Positions 33,998 through 36,647 of a stretch of 36,647 nt of DNA are shown piece after piece. How positions within the stretch are numbered: position 1 is the stretch's first letter; every line of letters starts with the position of its first letter. This DNA comes from a virus, in the IMG/VR virus record IMGVR_UViG_3300034196_000067, positions 172,796 through 209,442 of that record; one strand, given 5' to 3'. The notes beneath the pieces were generated by a model. That model did no database searches. It was given only the letters and a program-made list of their open reading frames with translations, and was not told where the DNA came from. The translations under genes were made by a program, and so were the position numbers.

Positions 33998-34885
33998 TTA
34001 CGCGCTCACCTGCTGAAGAGCCTTGGACTGCAACGCCTTCTGCGCGAACGGACCTGCGGCGGCACCGCCGATGCTCCCCTTGACAGCCCCACCTGCCATA
34101 GAGCCTAGGAGAGAATGACCCTGTCGCTCCTGCGGGGAGCGCATCATCTGCCTCGCCCCACCTGCTGCTGCACCGAGGCCTGCGCCGACGAGAGCGCGCT
34201 GCTTGAGAGACGTACCCGCTGTCGCCTGCAAGGCACTACGTGCGATGGGAGCTGCCTTGGTCACTGCCGCCTTGGCGGCTGGGAGAACTTTCCCTGCGAT
34301 CCCGGCTAGCATGCCCGGGATCGCTCCTTCCTTCTCCATTAGCGCCCGCATCAGCTCCACCGAAGACTGCTTGAGCTTCTCGTCCGAGGCCGGGCCTCGA
34401 ATGACCCGATGCGCGAGACGGCCGGCGCCGTATCCAGTCATAGCCCCTACGACGGGGTTCTTGTTCTTAGAAGCTTGCCGGAGCGCTCCGAAGAGAGCTC
34501 CAGTGTTGCTCCATCCCTCGGCGCGTTCCCTCTTGGTCTTCGGGGCCCGATCCTTCTTCTCGGAGAGCTTCTCCATGTCCGCTCGGGCCAGATCACGAGC
34601 CCATCCCGCAACCGTCGCGATCTTGAGAGCCGAGACCTTCGTGAAGCCGGTCTTCTTGGCGGTGTCGGACATCCTCTGGATGGCCTCCTTCATACCGCCA
34701 ACGGACTCATGCATCTTGGTGAGAGCCTTCTTAGGGGCCGGAGGGTGGAGAAGTGCCGGCTTGACTGGAGGCACCATCCCCTCCTTCACGATGGCGGAAA
34801 GCTGCTCCACTGAGAGGGTCTTGAGGTAGTCGACGGGCTGCGAATCTTCTTCGAGGTACGTCGCGAGCAAGGTTTCGTAGTTCAT
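33998..34885 (-). CDS. Gly/Ala/Lys-rich hypothetical protein (~295 aa)
   Basis: ATG at 34885 (MNYETLL...) has SD GGGAG 9 nt upstream and ATGA overlap with the upstream stop. The C-terminus has low-complexity Gly/Ala stretches. Confidence 0.55.
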   Translation of the reverse strand: MNYETLLATYLEEDSQPVDYLKTLSVEQLSAIVKEGMVPPVKPALLHPPAPKKALTKMHESVGGMKEAIQRMSDTAKKTGFTKVSALKIATVAGWARDLARADMEKLSEKKDRAPKTKRERAEGWSNTGALFGALRQASKNKNPVVGAMTGYGAGRLAHRVIRGPASDEKLKQSSVELMRALMEKEGAIPGMLAGIAGKVLPAAKAAVTKAAPIARSALQATAGTSLKQRALVGAGLGAAAGGARQMMRSPQERQGHSLLGSMAGGAVKGSIGGAAAGPFAQKALQSKALQQVSA

Positions 34886-35358
34886 TTTGTCCACTCCCGA
34901 ATCTGACGAGCGAGATCGATCCCGAGACGAGCGCCTGTGGCGCCGTAGGTCAGGCTTCCTGCCACCGGGTGTTCAGCCATGGCCTTTGAGACTCCGGCAT
35001 ACGCACCGGCCACTGCATCCTGAACCTTGTGAGAGAAACCTGGCTTCTTCCCCTTCTTTTGAAGCTTCTCTCCTTCGGCCTTCTGAGCAGCTTGCATCTG
35101 CGCTGCATCAAGCTCTTGAAGAGAAGGCTTTCCCTTCCACCTCTTCACGGTCGCAGCGCCGAGACCTGTGGCAAGAGCTCCACCGACCAACGCTCCGAGA
35201 ATTTCTGGACGATTCGCCTGGGCCATCTGCTTTCCTGCGTTGAAGGCCTTATGGACGAAGTCAGAAGCCACTCCAGCGGTCTTCGCTTTGGCGAGTAGCT
35301 CGGGAAGGGGGTCGTTCATGTAGGCGAGCCTAGAAGAGAAGAAGTTCGGTGGGAACAA
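34882..35358 (-). CDS. Gly/Ala-rich hypothetical protein (145-158 aa; start TTG 35358 or ATG 35319)
   Basis: ORF between the fibre and the 295-aa gene. The start codon is uncertain. Confidence 0.45.
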   Translation of the reverse strand: MFPPNFFSSRLAYMNDPLPELLAKAKTAGVASDFVHKAFNAGKQMAQANRPEILGALVGGALATGLGAATVKRWKGKPSLQELDAAQMQAAQKAEGEKLQKKGKKPGFSHKVQDAVAGAYAGVSKAMAEHPVAGSLTYGATGARLGIDLARQIREWTK

Positions 35359-35375
35359 GCACGTAGACAGGAAGG

Positions 35376-36647
35376 CTACTTTGCTACAGTCCCTCCGACC
35401 GTATCATTAAGAGGCGTCCCGCCATACACCGCAGCGTGGGTTGCTACGGTAGACCCGGCCTTCAGATCCCCTGCTGTCCCGGTAACGGTGTTGTTCGCTC
35501 CCTCAAGTACGTGACCCCAGTGGTTCACCAGAACGCCAGCTCCACCACTCCCCGATCCCGAAACGTTCGAGTACTTCATGAAGGCTCCGTTCTCGACCGT
35601 GACTCCGTTGGTGACACAGTTAGTGATGGAGAAGGGACCAGTGATGCCCAGGTAAGAAGCGCCAGCCACATCGATACACTCACTCCCGGAAGTGGACCCT
35701 ACGATCTGACCACCCATTCCTTTCGTGGCGATGATGGCCATGTATCCGTAGGGGCTGACGAAAAGAGTCGTTCCTTTGACGTCCGGATTCCATAGGTACG
35801 TCGTGTTTCCTAGTCCGGAGAACGTGGCCAGGTAGAATGAGCGAATGACCACGTAGGCATTCAAGATGTAGCCGGGACCTCCGATCCCAACCGAAGGAGA
35901 GCCGCTCGAAGAGGCGAACACCGCCCCGGCTCCGTTCAACGCTATGTTAGCGATGATGTCTTCTGCTGAGTTTGGGATCCACGCTGGAGCAACGCCAACA
36001 TAACCAACCTGATGGCGAGCCGCTCCTCCGAAGGAGAAGCTGACACTCCCAGTGCCATCGAAGTAGGTGACGTAGAGGAAGGTGTTGACTCCTTCCTCGG
36101 TGGTCACTGCGATCCCGGTAAACTTCAACTTATAGAGAATGAGACTTGCGAAGCCTTTCGGACGAGTCCCGCTCAGGAAGAGGTAGTTACCGTTTCCCTG
36201 TCCAGAGATGATGGAGCCCGGAGACTCGATGACGAACTTGTCCCCCACCACAGGACGGGCGGAGGCTCCGTTGTCTCCTGCATTCATGGAGAAGTTGCCG
36301 TCAACCGTGTTGCCGGTAACGATACGAACGTACCCTGCTGCTGCTCCAGTCGTGAATCGCAAGAAGTAGGTGTCGTACTGGTTCAGCGTCAAGCTCAGGG
36401 TACTGTCCTGCACCTTGATGACAGCACTGCTGGTGCCTACCGTCACTCCAGTAATGGTCCTCTGACCGAGGCCCGAGTCGATCATCGTCCCCTGGATCGC
36501 GCACGGCTCTCCTTTAGGGCCCAGAGGGGTTCCGAAACGAACCGTATACGATCCGGTGATGGAGAACGTACCTGCTGTCAGGTTGACACGACACTTCCCT
36601 GTCCAGAAGTTCGGTACAGCCTCGATCGCTGCCTGGAAGGTCCTCTT
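35376..36647 (-). CDS. beta-helix-like tail fibre/tailspike protein, 5' end outside window (>=424 aa seen)
   Basis: The frame is open to the window edge. Gly/Asn/Thr/Val-rich repetitive beta composition (…NGNYLFLSGTRPKGFASLILYKLKFTGIAVTTEEG…NCVTNGVTVENGAFMKYSNVSGSG…) is typical of right-handed beta-helix fibres. Confidence 0.65.
   Translation of the reverse strand, partial: KRTFQAAIEAVPNFWTGKCRVNLTAGTFSITGSYTVRFGTPLGPKGEPCAIQGTMIDSGLGQRTITGVTVGTSSAVIKVQDSTLSLTLNQYDTYFLRFTTGAAAGYVRIVTGNTVDGNFSMNAGDNGASARPVVGDKFVIESPGSIISGQGNGNYLFLSGTRPKGFASLILYKLKFTGIAVTTEEGVNTFLYVTYFDGTGSVSFSFGGAARHQVGYVGVAPAWIPNSAEDIIANIALNGAGAVFASSSGSPSVGIGGPGYILNAYVVIRSFYLATFSGLGNTTYLWNPDVKGTTLFVSPYGYMAIIATKGMGGQIVGSTSGSECIDVAGASYLGITGPFSITNCVTNGVTVENGAFMKYSNVSGSGSGGAGVLVNHWGHVLEGANNTVTGTAGDLKAGSTVATHAAVYGGTPLNDTVGGTVAK

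Noticed and set aside
1-36647. tRNA/tmRNA genes in intergenic regions (334-438, 2287-2473, 5366-5992, 15604-15693, 16629-16718, 17785-17907, 18379-18463)
   Set aside because: There is no GTTCGA(A/G)TCC-type T-arm and no cloverleaf-compatible segment in the sequence as read.

Overview
This is a GC-rich (~58-60%) window that reads as a tailed-phage or prophage genome segment.

At the left edge (1-2.3 kb) is a truncated LacI-family repressor C-terminal domain plus two unknown genes that look host-like. The phage boundary, if there is one, is not resolvable from this window. No integrase, tRNA, CRISPR or reverse transcriptase is visible.

From 2.4 to 19 kb there is a dense plus-strand array of about 45 small, translationally coupled ORFs (ATGA/GTGA overlaps, good Shine-Dalgarno sites). 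This fits an early or accessory region. It includes:
- a membrane-anchored GGDEF diguanylate cyclase
- a lipoprotein with PKD/Ig-like 'DPDGDPLTYAW' repeats
- several Cys-rich zinc-ribbon proteins and small membrane proteins
- tandem paralogues
- an XRE-like HTH protein
- a ~620-bp non-coding, C-rich region

The array is punctuated by intrinsic terminators that share a 'TTTTCTTAGC' flank.

From 19 to 36.6 kb the coding is almost entirely minus-strand and forms the late/structural module of a contractile-tailed phage. It includes:
- a very large (1105 aa) tail sheath with surface insertion domains
- two downstream tube-position proteins
- neck- and completion-position proteins upstream of the sheath (positions recall the T4 13-14-15-18-19 order)
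- two paralogous fibre proteins built from ~38-aa 'K-x-K-TDNLP-x-x-PA' repeats
- a LamG-jellyroll protein
- a Gly-rich fibre-like protein
- a beta-helix-like fibre truncated at the window end

This module is interrupted at 24.4-25.8 kb by a plus-strand cassette: an RHH-like protein, a Lys-rich and (AP)n histone-H1-like protein, and a CspA cold-shock protein. The cassette has its own terminators, a divergent promoter region carrying two copies of a palindromic operator (GTGAAA-N5-TTTCAC), and a hairpin that sequesters the csp Shine-Dalgarno site.

Coordinates of non-CDS elements are approximate (±2 nt).
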